From an uncultured Bacilli bacterium (lineage in GTDB: Bacteria > Bacillota_I > Bacilli_A > RF39 > UBA660), in assembly GCA_947585665.1 (NCBI GenBank), contig CANPXE010000007.1, positions 20,438-84,437 of the forward strand: 64,000 nucleotides of DNA. Direction: 5' to 3'. Under the pieces are notes generated by a model. The model was not told where the DNA came from. It was given only the letters and a program-made list of their open reading frames with translations, and did not search any database. This document shows positions 33,163-41,809 of the stretch, one piece after another (position 1 is the stretch's first letter; each line of letters starts with the position of its first letter). The position numbers and the translations under genes were made by a program.

Positions 33163-34339
33163 AATAATTTTTCTTTTATTACTAGTATTTTTATTAGTAC
33201 TAACCTTTTTAGGTTTTGTAATTAAAGTAGTTTTCTTTGATGCGAAAAATGAGAAAGTAAAACAAGATGATGTACCTGACAATAAAGTTCTTGTCGAAGA
33301 AGAAATAGTTGAAGAAGATCCCATTAAAAGATATTCTTTATCTTTGATAATGGGAGGAGACGCTTTAATACACAGTTCTGTTTATAGTGATGCTAAGAAA
33401 AATGGTAAATATGATTTTACTAAAATGTTAGAAAATATAAAACCTATTATTAGTAAATATGATTTAGCGTACTATAACCAAGAAACTATTTTAGGAGGAA
33501 CTGAATTAGGACTATCATCTTATCCGACTTTTAATTCACCATATGAAGTAGGAGATGCTTTTATCGATGCTGGATTTAACGTTGTTAGTCTTGCGAACAA
33601 TCATACTTTGGATAAAGGTTCTAAAGCTATTATCAATTCTCGTAAATATTGGAATAGTAAAGATGTCATGGTTAATGGTAGCGCAACGAGTAAAGAAGAA
33701 AAGGATAATATTGATATAAGAGAAAAGAATGGTATTACTTATGCATTATTATCCTATACAACTTCAACTAATGGCTTAACTCGTAAAAATGATTATTATG
33801 TCAATTGGTATAGTGATGCAGCTGTTAAGAAGGATGTTGAAAAAATTCGTGATAAAGTTGATTTCTTAATGGTGGCAATGCATTGGGGTGTTGAATACAA
33901 TACAAGTGTTAGTGCTAATCAAAAAAAGACAGCGAAATATCTTGCTGGTCTTGGAGTAGATCTTGTCATTGGCTGTCATCCTCACGTCATTGAACCAGTT
34001 GAATACATTGGTGACACATTAGTAATTTATTCTCTTGGAAACTTTCTATCAGGACAGACGACTGATGATCGACTAAGTGGATTACTAATGAGTGTTGAAG
34101 TAAATAAAACAGTTGATACAACTACAAATACAATAACAGTTAGTGTTGATAATCCAACTGCTGAATTTATTTATACATATTCAGATAGAAGTACGAAAAC
34201 GCGTAAAGGTTTTAAAATATACCCTTATTCAATGTTAAATGAAAAACTGTTTAAGAATTATAAGAGTATGTATGATACCTTAAAAAAACGTGTTATTAGT
34301 TTGGACGATTCAATTACTGTTGTAGGACTCACGGGGTGA
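33116..34339 (+). CDS. CapA/PgsA-family metallophosphatase-like membrane-anchored protein
   Basis: N-terminal basic stretch plus TM (IIFLLLLVFLLVLTFLGF). GGDALIH, NQETILGG, SLANNHTLD, MHWGVEY, GCHPHVIEP and YSLGNF motifs are typical of the CapA (PGA_cap) family. The exact start is uncertain (GTG 33116, ATG 33122 or ATG 33125). It overlaps the rnr 3' end. Confidence 0.8.
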   Translation: MRMMQTIKKRKKRKNRIIFLLLLVFLLVLTFLGFVIKVVFFDAKNEKVKQDDVPDNKVLVEEEIVEEDPIKRYSLSLIMGGDALIHSSVYSDAKKNGKYDFTKMLENIKPIISKYDLAYYNQETILGGTELGLSSYPTFNSPYEVGDAFIDAGFNVVSLANNHTLDKGSKAIINSRKYWNSKDVMVNGSATSKEEKDNIDIREKNGITYALLSYTTSTNGLTRKNDYYVNWYSDAAVKKDVEKIRDKVDFLMVAMHWGVEYNTSVSANQKKTAKYLAGLGVDLVIGCHPHVIEPVEYIGDTLVIYSLGNFLSGQTTDDRLSGLLMSVEVNKTVDTTTNTITVSVDNPTAEFIYTYSDRSTKTRKGFKIYPYSMLNEKLFKNYKSMYDTLKKRVISLDDSITVVGLTG

Positions 34340-34343
34340 TTAT

Positions 34344-34784
34344 ATGGAAATATTAAATAGAAAGGCACGACACGATTATTTTATCGAAGATGAATTTGAA
34401 TGTGGACTCGTTTTAACAGGAACAGAGATTAAATCTATTCGTCAAGGATCTTGTAATATTGGCGATAGTTACGCTATCATTCGTAATAATGAGATTTTTG
34501 TTTTAAACATGTTCATTGGTATTTACAAAGAGGGAAATATTTTTAATCATGAAGAGACAAGAACGAGAAAACTTTTAATGCATAAGAAAGAAATATTAAA
34601 ATTAAATGATAAAATTCGTCTAGAAGGATATACACTTATACCTTTAAAAATATATTTTGTTAAGAATAAAGCTAAACTTTTATTAGGTTTATGTAAAGGT
34701 AAAAAGAATTATGATAAACGTGAATCTATTAAAGAACGTGATATCAAACGTCAAATAGAAAAACAAAGTAAGAAGAGATATTAG
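34344..34784 (+). CDS. smpB: SsrA-binding protein
   Basis: NRKARHDYFIED.FECGLVLTGTEIKSIR and KLLLGLCKGKKNYDKR. Confidence 0.96.
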   Translation: MEILNRKARHDYFIEDEFECGLVLTGTEIKSIRQGSCNIGDSYAIIRNNEIFVLNMFIGIYKEGNIFNHEETRTRKLLMHKKEILKLNDKIRLEGYTLIPLKIYFVKNKAKLLLGLCKGKKNYDKRESIKERDIKRQIEKQSKKRY

Positions 34785-34789
34785 CATCA

Positions 34790-34818
34790 TTGAATAAATT
34801 GTTTATTTATGATATAAT
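34790..34818 (+). promoter_or_regulatory. ssrA promoter (TTGAAT-17-TATAAT)
   Basis: Hexamers at 34790-34795 and 34813-34818. The mature 5' end GGGG lies at 34831. Confidence 0.6.
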
Positions 34819-34830
34819 GCTCTTACATAT

Positions 34831-35214
34831 GGGGTCGATTTTGGTTTCGACGGGATTATTTGGGCATAGATGGCAAGTAGGTGGCAACCTTAAATGCAAA
34901 CAAAAATAAATGCTAACAAAGCAAAATCTGTACTAGCTAACTTGTTTGGTGCTAATGCATCAGCAGTTGCTTTTGCCTAATTTAATAGAATGGCGTACAC
35001 TCTTTTAACTTTTACTCGTGAAAGTTAACAAGGGTTCATTTTAACGAGATATATCACTATTTTGTTTAGGGATAGTGACGAATATTACTAAACTAGCTAA
35101 ATAGTAATTCGTTAATTTAGTTTCTATTTAGTAAAATTTGAAAGTTAACTAAACTTGTAGAAGTCTATGAATCATTGGTTTCGGACGGGAGTTCAACTCT
35201 CCCCGGCTCCACCA
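34831..35214 (+). ncRNA. ssrA: tmRNA (SsrA), one-piece, 384 nt
   Basis: 5' GGGGTCGATTTTGGTTTCGACGGG and 3' GGACGGGAGTTCAACTCTCCCCGGCTCCACCA form a tRNA-Ala-like acceptor with a G3:U pair and a T-arm. The internal tag frame GCT AAC AAA GCA AAA TCT GTA CTA GCT AAC TTG TTT GGT GCT AAT GCA TCA GCA GTT GCT TTT GCC TAA gives the inferred tag ANKAKSVLANLFGANASAVAFA. Confidence 0.93.
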
Positions 35215-35224
35215 GGTTGATAGG

Positions 35225-35280
35225 AAACTCGAACTTTTATAGTTCGAGTTTTAAAATGTTTTAGTTTATGATAAAATATT
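35225..35280 (+). repeat. ssrA terminator hairpin plus downstream flank; copy 1 of a ~50-bp direct repeat
   Basis: AAACTCGAAC-TTTTATA-GTTCGAGTTT followed by TAAAATGTTTTAGTTTATGATAAAATATT. It recurs at 36104-36153. Confidence 0.8.
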
Positions 35281-35363
35281 TATAGATTGAAATTGCCATG
35301 TTTGTCAATTTAAAAAACACATTTGCATATTGTCAAAAACAATATGTTTGTAGGGGAATAAAA

Positions 35364-36056
35364 ATGGAATACAAAGAATTTGCAAAATATTATGATATAT
35401 TTTATAAAAATAAAAATTATGTTAAAGAAACAGAATTTTTAAAAAAATTTATTAATCAAGATGATAAAATTATCGATATAGGTTGTGGAACTGGCTTGCA
35501 TGCTTCTTTACTACAACAAAATGGTTTCAAAGTTGATGGATTAGATCTTAATAAAGAAATGTTAGATATTGCTAAAACTAGAGTTCACTCTAACCTTTAT
35601 TTACAAAATATATTAGATATAAATATTAATAAAAAGTATGATGTCATTATATCTATGTTTGCTGTATTAAATCATTTGAAAGATACTCAAGAATTAGAAA
35701 GGGCTCTTATGAATTTAAAAAGTATTTTAACTGATAAAGGAAAAATAATAATTGATTTGCATAATCCCCAAAGTTCCGGTAATAAAACAGATTCTTATGA
35801 TAATATGACTAGAATTATGGAATGGCATTATGATAAAAAATCTAAAATAGAAGATAGCAAAATTATATTTGAAATTGATGGTAAGAAGTATATAGACAAT
35901 CATACTTTTCGAATTTTTACAATTGATGAGGTAAAACAATGTTGTGAAAATGTTGGTCTTTTTGTAAAAAAAGTATATGAAAATTATGATGTTAATAAGT
36001 GTGGATCATCCATTTCTAAAAATTTACAATTTTTAATATATAAAGCCCTATTTTAA
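35364..36056 (+). CDS. Class I SAM-dependent methyltransferase (small-molecule/unknown substrate)
   Basis: YYDIFY... and IIDIGCGTGLHA (motif I), then DVIISMFAVLNHL. ATG at 35364 follows GGGGAA. Confidence 0.8.
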   Translation: MEYKEFAKYYDIFYKNKNYVKETEFLKKFINQDDKIIDIGCGTGLHASLLQQNGFKVDGLDLNKEMLDIAKTRVHSNLYLQNILDININKKYDVIISMFAVLNHLKDTQELERALMNLKSILTDKGKIIIDLHNPQSSGNKTDSYDNMTRIMEWHYDKKSKIEDSKIIFEIDGKKYIDNHTFRIFTIDEVKQCCENVGLFVKKVYENYDVNKCGSSISKNLQFLIYKALF

Positions 36057-36103
36057 TACTTAAAAGTTATTGTACTTCTTTATTTAAGGTACTAGATTGG
36101 TAA

Positions 36104-36153
36104 AAACTCGAACTTTTATAGTTCTAAAATGTTTGAAATTATGATATAATATT
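36104..36153 (+). repeat. Copy 2 of the ssrA-flank direct repeat (hairpin 3' arm deleted; carries a TATAAT -10)
   Basis: AAACTCGAACTTTTATAGTTC^TAAAATGTTTGAAATTATGATATAATATT aligns with 35225-35280 apart from a 5-nt deletion (GAGTT) and a few substitutions. TATAAT lies at 36145-36150. Confidence 0.8.
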
Positions 36154-36172
36154 ACGTCATAGGGGGAATACT

Positions 36173-37378
36173 ATGGAAAGTTTAGATAAAGAAAGTCAAC
36201 TAATTGCAGTAGAAAAAGTATTAGAAGAAATGCAAAAAGCTGAAAAATGTGTTAATAGTTGGAATGCTTCTTGGATGGAACAATGTTTGGATGCATATAG
36301 TATGTCATTATATCATACAGGAATGGGACGTGTTCGCGATATTGAAGAAAGTTATAATAATCAATATATATTACCAAATGTATATCATCCTGAAAATAGA
36401 ATAGGAGAACCACTTAGAACAGCAATATTAGAAGGTTTTGGGAAAAAATATGAATGTGAGTTTGGAAGAATTGACTGGTATGCTATGTATTCACATAAAT
36501 CATCAAGATATTTTTCATTTAATAATAATGGTATTATTGAATTTTCTAAATCAGGAGAAAAGCAATCTCCACGACATCCAAAAAGAATCTCTTATGAAAC
36601 ATCGTTTAATGTATTATCAAATGATTTTGATGTATCAATTACTCTTGATCAGTTATCTGATACTCTTGTTCTATTATCTGACGACTCGGGAGAAAAATAT
36701 AAATATGATTATTTTTTACTATCATTAGAAGGTAACATATTAACAGAAAAGTTCAATAATATTGAAATAATAAGAGACTTGAGTACAGGAACGCGATTAG
36801 TAAGAATTGTAAAAAAATATGATGACAAAAATAGTCAAAATGATGCTTCAGTAACATTTGAAGCAGCATTAAATCTAGATGATAGTTTAGAACATGGATC
36901 AGTTGTAGTAGAAACACATAAAGGAAACGGAAAAGTAAATGGAACCTATAAATTCGATGTAAGTAGAGAAAATGGCATTCGTGCTAATTTCTATTCTAGA
37001 AAAGGTGTTAAAGTTGATTTAGCTAGTAATCCTTTATTATTGGAAACTGCAACTACATTGTTATTACCAAGAAAAAAGGGTAATAGTAGTGGTGATATCA
37101 TTGTTTATGATTTTGCTAATTCTATACAGGTAGCGCTTGCAAAAAATTCAAGTGAAAAAGTTATTAGTTTTGATAATTTTGCCTTTAATATGGAATCGGT
37201 AAATCAAGCTGAGAAAAGAATAATAGAAATGGTTAAAAGCATTAGAGGAGAATTACCTCTTCCTGGCTTAATTGATAGAATTGATAATTGTTTAGAAATG
37301 ATATACAAAAAACAAAATATTCAAGTTGGTGAAGAAACTAATTGTAAAGTATTAAAATTAGAAACACCTAATAAATAA
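36173..37378 (+). CDS. Hypothetical protein, 401 aa, no recognisable domain
   Basis: Long ORF with RBS AGGGGGAA. No signal peptide or TM, and the central region looks beta-rich. I recognise no motifs. Confidence 0.6.
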   Translation: MESLDKESQLIAVEKVLEEMQKAEKCVNSWNASWMEQCLDAYSMSLYHTGMGRVRDIEESYNNQYILPNVYHPENRIGEPLRTAILEGFGKKYECEFGRIDWYAMYSHKSSRYFSFNNNGIIEFSKSGEKQSPRHPKRISYETSFNVLSNDFDVSITLDQLSDTLVLLSDDSGEKYKYDYFLLSLEGNILTEKFNNIEIIRDLSTGTRLVRIVKKYDDKNSQNDASVTFEAALNLDDSLEHGSVVVETHKGNGKVNGTYKFDVSRENGIRANFYSRKGVKVDLASNPLLLETATTLLLPRKKGNSSGDIIVYDFANSIQVALAKNSSEKVISFDNFAFNMESVNQAEKRIIEMVKSIRGELPLPGLIDRIDNCLEMIYKKQNIQVGEETNCKVLKLETPNK

Positions 37379-37500
37379 TAAAATAAAACAAGGGCTAGTA
37401 TAACTTATTAATAAATATAAGAAATACATGGCCCTTTTTGGTATTTATGAGGAAAAACTGAATTATTTACTGAATGTGCTAAAAAACATAACTAAACAAT

Positions 37501-38127
37501 TTATCTTTTCTTTACCAATTGTGATCTCTCATTTGACTTTTCTATTTTTGATTCTTTAGGATTTTCTGATAAAGATAAATCATAAAATTCAATACCGCAT
37601 TTACTATAAATTTCCTTTATTTCATCAAGTGTAATGCCCTCAGTATACCATTCAAAATATTTCTGATAATATCTACTATTTTTAAATAACAATAAACGCC
37701 CAGTCACAGTAAATAAATCAATAATTTCACTATCATTAATATTTGTATTTACTCTTTTGAATCCTAATCTTTCTAAATCCAATACACTATTTAAAGTTGA
37801 TACACTTTTATGTGAACAAGGTCTTAAATTCTGTTGCTTTTCTATAAAGTCTGTTAAATAAGATAAAACTTTAAATCCATCTTCACGACTCATTTCCTCA
37901 GGAAGCATAAAAGGTTTGAATGCCCAATCAATGACTCCAACATTATTATCTGTTCTACCACGATATTCACCAATTCTATGATAATCAATATAATGCAATC
38001 TATATATATTTTGATTTCCAATTTGATGTTCTTCTAGTTCTGTTTCAAATTCATAATCTCTATTAGTGGGTTCATAATTTGTATCAGCAAATAGAAGAGA
38101 ATCTAACTTTTCTTTTATACTCATCAT
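37501..38127 (-). CDS. Hypothetical protein, 208 aa (weak GNAT-fold flavour only)
   Basis: ORF with RBS AAGGGAG. A segment ...VLDLERLGFKRV... is vaguely acetyltransferase-like, but no Q/RxxGxG/A motif is present. Confidence 0.5.
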   Translation of the reverse strand: MMSIKEKLDSLLFADTNYEPTNRDYEFETELEEHQIGNQNIYRLHYIDYHRIGEYRGRTDNNVGVIDWAFKPFMLPEEMSREDGFKVLSYLTDFIEKQQNLRPCSHKSVSTLNSVLDLERLGFKRVNTNINDSEIIDLFTVTGRLLLFKNSRYYQKYFEWYTEGITLDEIKEIYSKCGIEFYDLSLSENPKESKIEKSNERSQLVKKR

Positions 38128-38382
38128 TAAACACTCCCTTGTGTATATTATTTTAACATAAAAAGGATATTATATAAATATTTTAGTATTTTTTAAATCA
38201 TATATTAGCTAATGACTTTTACTTAACTATTTTCTTTATTTAAAAGGTTTCATACTTCTAATTGGTTTCTGTTAGAAAAGATTATTAAAATAGTTATAAT
38301 GATAAAAATAAAGATGTTTTGAGATAAAAATATAATAAAAAAATAAAAAAGCATGTTATAATGTAAATATAAGGAGGTTTAT

Positions 38383-39294
38383 ATGGTTATATTTTTAGGA
38401 ATTGTTGGAGAACTTGCTACCGTTATAGGTAGTGTTGCTATAATCCTTAATGCTGGATTTGATTCAATTTTAGAAATTTCAAAAAATGGTTATAAAATTG
38501 ATAAAAGTGTGTTAGATGAATTTAAAAATCAACAAAAAAAACAAAAATCTAATTTAGCTAAGAGATTTATTAATACTGTTTTATTACTTCTACCTGGTAT
38601 TAATTTAATAGATGCTAATGTAAAAGGTAATAAAATTAAAAAATCAGTAATGGATGATCCAGAAATTAAAAAAGCTATTGTTCCTATGACTGAAAAAGAA
38701 AAAGAGCAATATGCTAAAATGAAAAGTAAATTAGAGAAATTAGAATTTACTGCTATTACTACGATAAAAGAAGATGAAGAAGAATTTTTTGGATTTGTTG
38801 GAAAAAGACCTATTGTTGTAGATTACGGATTAACTTCTTTACCTTATGAAAAGTTAATGCCACTAAATTATACATTAGATGAAGTAAAGAGACTAAATGA
38901 AGCAACAACTCATTCATATAGAATTGGTAAAGTTGATGGTAAAAATGTTGCAATTATTGGTATTCCAAATCCAAATAGTCCTGTTAGTAGAATTCAATTA
39001 AAATCAGAGAATTATAAAATAACACACACTTACGAAAAAATGACTGAAGAAGAGGCACAGGACAAAACATTTACAGTGTATCCATTTATGTCAGAAGAAG
39101 ATGAAAAGGTGCAAGAAATTGTTGATGAAATTAAGCAATCAAGAATTGAAATGGCTACAAGAGCTAATTTAGAGGCATTACAAACACACCCTGAATCAAA
39201 AGCTACTCCAATAGAAACTGAACAAACTTTATCAGAAGAACATCAAAGTCCAAGACTTGTAAAAACAATGCGTCCACAAAATGAAAAAAAGTAA
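38383..39294 (+). CDS. Hypothetical membrane-anchored protein, 303 aa
   Basis: RBS AAGGAGG. N-terminal hydrophobic helix (VIFLGIVGELATVIGSVAIILNAGF), a second hydrophobic stretch (FINTVLLLLPGINLI) and a charged C-terminal part. I recognise no family. Confidence 0.6.
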   Translation: MVIFLGIVGELATVIGSVAIILNAGFDSILEISKNGYKIDKSVLDEFKNQQKKQKSNLAKRFINTVLLLLPGINLIDANVKGNKIKKSVMDDPEIKKAIVPMTEKEKEQYAKMKSKLEKLEFTAITTIKEDEEEFFGFVGKRPIVVDYGLTSLPYEKLMPLNYTLDEVKRLNEATTHSYRIGKVDGKNVAIIGIPNPNSPVSRIQLKSENYKITHTYEKMTEEEAQDKTFTVYPFMSEEDEKVQEIVDEIKQSRIEMATRANLEALQTHPESKATPIETEQTLSEEHQSPRLVKTMRPQNEKK

Positions 39295-39325
39295 AAAAGA
39301 GTTTAATGCGAATCTTGGTTAATAT

Positions 39326-39364
39326 AAAAACTACTCTCAAAATTAAATTGAAAGTAGTTTTTTT
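39326..39364. terminator. Bidirectional terminator between convergent genes
   Basis: AAAAACTACTCTCAA-loop-TTGAAAGTAGTTTTTTT, with an A-run 5' and a T-run 3'. Confidence 0.65.
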
Positions 39365-39407
39365 ATGCTTAAAACACATTTGTATATTGATAATTAATAT
39401 ACAAGAA

Positions 39408-40919
39408 TTAATATTTTTTATGGTCATCATTATGTGAACTATTATTATATAAATTACTGTATTGCGATGAAGTGGGAATTAGACCACCACAAACAGTAGG
39501 AACTTGACTGATGTCACTTATAATTCCTTTGTTTAAAAGATTAGTTCTAACTCTTTCTAAATTGCAATCAATATTATCAGTTAAAGACCAATATGATACA
39601 CCATTTAATTTTATACCAGAACTATTGATTATAGTTGATATGATATCAATTTTATCCCTTTTCATAGAATATACTTTTTCATAAGGTATTTCAGGGTTAT
39701 CGCCAATTGTTTTTAAGGTTTCTCTTTCACTTAAAGATAAATCAAATTCTGTTATTTGAACATTCATTTTTTGAGAGTCTTGTAAGAGTTTAAAATCTCT
39801 AAAACATTCTTGTATTTGTTCATCACTTGTTCTAAAAGTTATATGCATTTGTGAACCTAAAGTATCAATTAGACCATCTGATGTCGAATTTATTGATTGT
39901 AATACTTCAAATACTTTTTCTCTTCTTTCAGGATCTTCTAAGAATGGTTCATTATATAAGTAACTTACTCCCTGCGGTTTATGAGTTTTAGCATATTCAA
40001 ATACATTACATAAATCTTTAATTGTTATACCATAATTACTTTCCCATATATTTTCATATAGACCTTGACTATTCTTATCAAAACTTACAATTTCATTAAA
40101 TAAATCAATTGCACTAATAACAGGTGTTCCATCTGTTAAACGATGTGTTGAATTATATTCATTGACAAAATCTATAGTAGTTTTAACATATGAAGTTAAT
40201 ATTTTTAAAATTTCTTCTTTTGATTTTCCTTTAAATAAACTTTCAGCTGCTCCTTTGGTCAAAAGTGAATGAAAACGTACATGTTTGTTATTCTTTAAAG
40301 CAAATTCTAAATCATTATTAGCGAAATAGAAATCAAATTGTTCTTGGTCTTCACTAAAAAATTCATTTATAACAACTTCTGGTTTTAATGATCCAATTAA
40401 TAAAGTATTAAATGTTGATAAGTTTTCATTAAGAAGAACAAGCTCATCATATAAATTAGGCATTTTATTTTGATCGCGTTCAATAGAAATAAATCTATGA
40501 ACATGTTTAAAAATTTCTTTATATCTATCGGGATATCTTCTTTTTATATATTCTCTAATGTATGCTATAAACTCAGTATTTTTATCAGTATAAACTTTTT
40601 TTATAAGCTCAATATCTTCTGATTTTATGTTTGAATGATATAGTGTATTATTTAAAATAGTTTGTCTATCACTATTGTGTGGTACTAATGTATCTTGATA
40701 TTTTTTAAATACATTTCGTTTTAATTGTTCTAAATCCTGATTAATAAAACTTTGAATATCTTCCTTTGAAAATACACCATTTAATTGTTCGCATTGCTGC
40801 ACAAAAGAAATAATTTCTTCATGAGTTTGACATTGGACAATTGATAACATACTCAATTGTTCACTACTAAAATATCCGCCAATATTACTAGTATTGACAT
40901 TTAAACTATATAATTCCAT
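39408..40919 (-). CDS. Cytoplasmic GH10-fold (xylanase-family TIM barrel) protein with a novel ~190-aa N-terminal domain
   Basis: The ordered GH10 motif series is present: FDFYFANNDLEFALKNNKHVRFHSLL (cf. aD.iv.fA..ng..vRGHTLvW), IDLFNEIV (WDVVNE, acid/base Glu), YLYNEPF (YNDYN), LGSQMHI (GxQxH), VQITEFDLS (ITELD, nucleophile Glu) and VSYWSLTD (WGvsD). No signal peptide. Confidence 0.6.
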   Translation of the reverse strand: MELYSLNVNTSNIGGYFSSEQLSMLSIVQCQTHEEIISFVQQCEQLNGVFSKEDIQSFINQDLEQLKRNVFKKYQDTLVPHNSDRQTILNNTLYHSNIKSEDIELIKKVYTDKNTEFIAYIREYIKRRYPDRYKEIFKHVHRFISIERDQNKMPNLYDELVLLNENLSTFNTLLIGSLKPEVVINEFFSEDQEQFDFYFANNDLEFALKNNKHVRFHSLLTKGAAESLFKGKSKEEILKILTSYVKTTIDFVNEYNSTHRLTDGTPVISAIDLFNEIVSFDKNSQGLYENIWESNYGITIKDLCNVFEYAKTHKPQGVSYLYNEPFLEDPERREKVFEVLQSINSTSDGLIDTLGSQMHITFRTSDEQIQECFRDFKLLQDSQKMNVQITEFDLSLSERETLKTIGDNPEIPYEKVYSMKRDKIDIISTIINSSGIKLNGVSYWSLTDNIDCNLERVRTNLLNKGIISDISQVPTVCGGLIPTSSQYSNLYNNSSHNDDHKKY

Positions 40920-41110
40920 TCCATCATCTACTCTCTTTTTTCATTATAACATAAAAGGATTTGTTTTAGTAAATTTGCGTTATCAACTAATTAGTTTATA
41001 TTAATTTTTTGACTCGTTTAATTAACGTGATTTTTATTTTATGTTATAATAGATTTATAAATTGATTTATGTACTTTTATTAATGTATTAATGTTTTGGG
41101 GGAATTGGTT

Positions 41111-41749
41111 ATGGAAAGAAAAAAAGATATATTATTAGATGTTGATGAGGTTGTTTGTTTTTCAGGCTTCTTAGAAGCTGTCAATGCTTTTTTAGGAACT
41201 GATTATAATATTGATGATTTCGATACTTATTATATTGATGAAGTTGCGATACCAAAGGAACGCTTTGCTGAATTCAATGCTTTTTTAAATAAACGTAATC
41301 GTTATGAGAATCCTAGTATTTTACCAAATGCTATTGCGACTATCAAAGAATTAAATGAATTTTATAACGTCTATATTTGTTCTTCTTGCATTAATCCTTT
41401 TGATAAAGAGGGTTCTAGTAAGTTGTTTATAGATAAATTTCATTTTTTAATTAATACTTTTCCCTTTTTAAATCCTGATCATTTTATTTTTACGGGTGCT
41501 AAACATTTATTTAAAGCTGATATCCAAATAGATGATCGATTGCAAAACCTTGATAATGACATTCCAACTAGAATTTTATTTCCATCATATCATAATCGAA
41601 ATATTTCCGATTCTGAACTAGCAAGTCAAGGTGTTTTACGAGCTGGTTATGATTGGCGTACTGGTTGGGATGAGGTAAGAAAGATTCTTCTTGCTGAAAA
41701 AGAATATCATAAAGACGAAAAGGGCTATTGTCTTCAAAAAAAGATGTAG
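41111..41749 (+). CDS. HAD-superfamily 5'(3')-deoxyribonucleotidase-like protein (NT5C/YorS-like)
   Basis: N-terminal DxDxV motif (ILLDVDEVV) and a later IDDR motif (ADIQIDDRLQNL). The size fits. ATG at 41111 follows GGGGGAA. Confidence 0.6.
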   Translation: MERKKDILLDVDEVVCFSGFLEAVNAFLGTDYNIDDFDTYYIDEVAIPKERFAEFNAFLNKRNRYENPSILPNAIATIKELNEFYNVYICSSCINPFDKEGSSKLFIDKFHFLINTFPFLNPDHFIFTGAKHLFKADIQIDDRLQNLDNDIPTRILFPSYHNRNISDSELASQGVLRAGYDWRTGWDEVRKILLAEKEYHKDEKGYCLQKKM

Positions 41750-41809
41750 TCTTTTTTATTCTAAAAAACTATATTATTAGTGTATAATATTATATAGGAG
41801 GAGATAAAT

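Noticed and set aside
35215-41000. Prophage or integrative island at the tmRNA 3' end
   Set aside because: I looked for an integrase or recombinase, phage structural genes, or a duplicated ssrA 3' segment (the CCA-proximal acceptor/T-arm), and found none. The duplicated sequence is the flank downstream of ssrA, not the ssrA 3' end. I therefore report only a repeat-bracketed cassette and an orphan block, not a mobile element.
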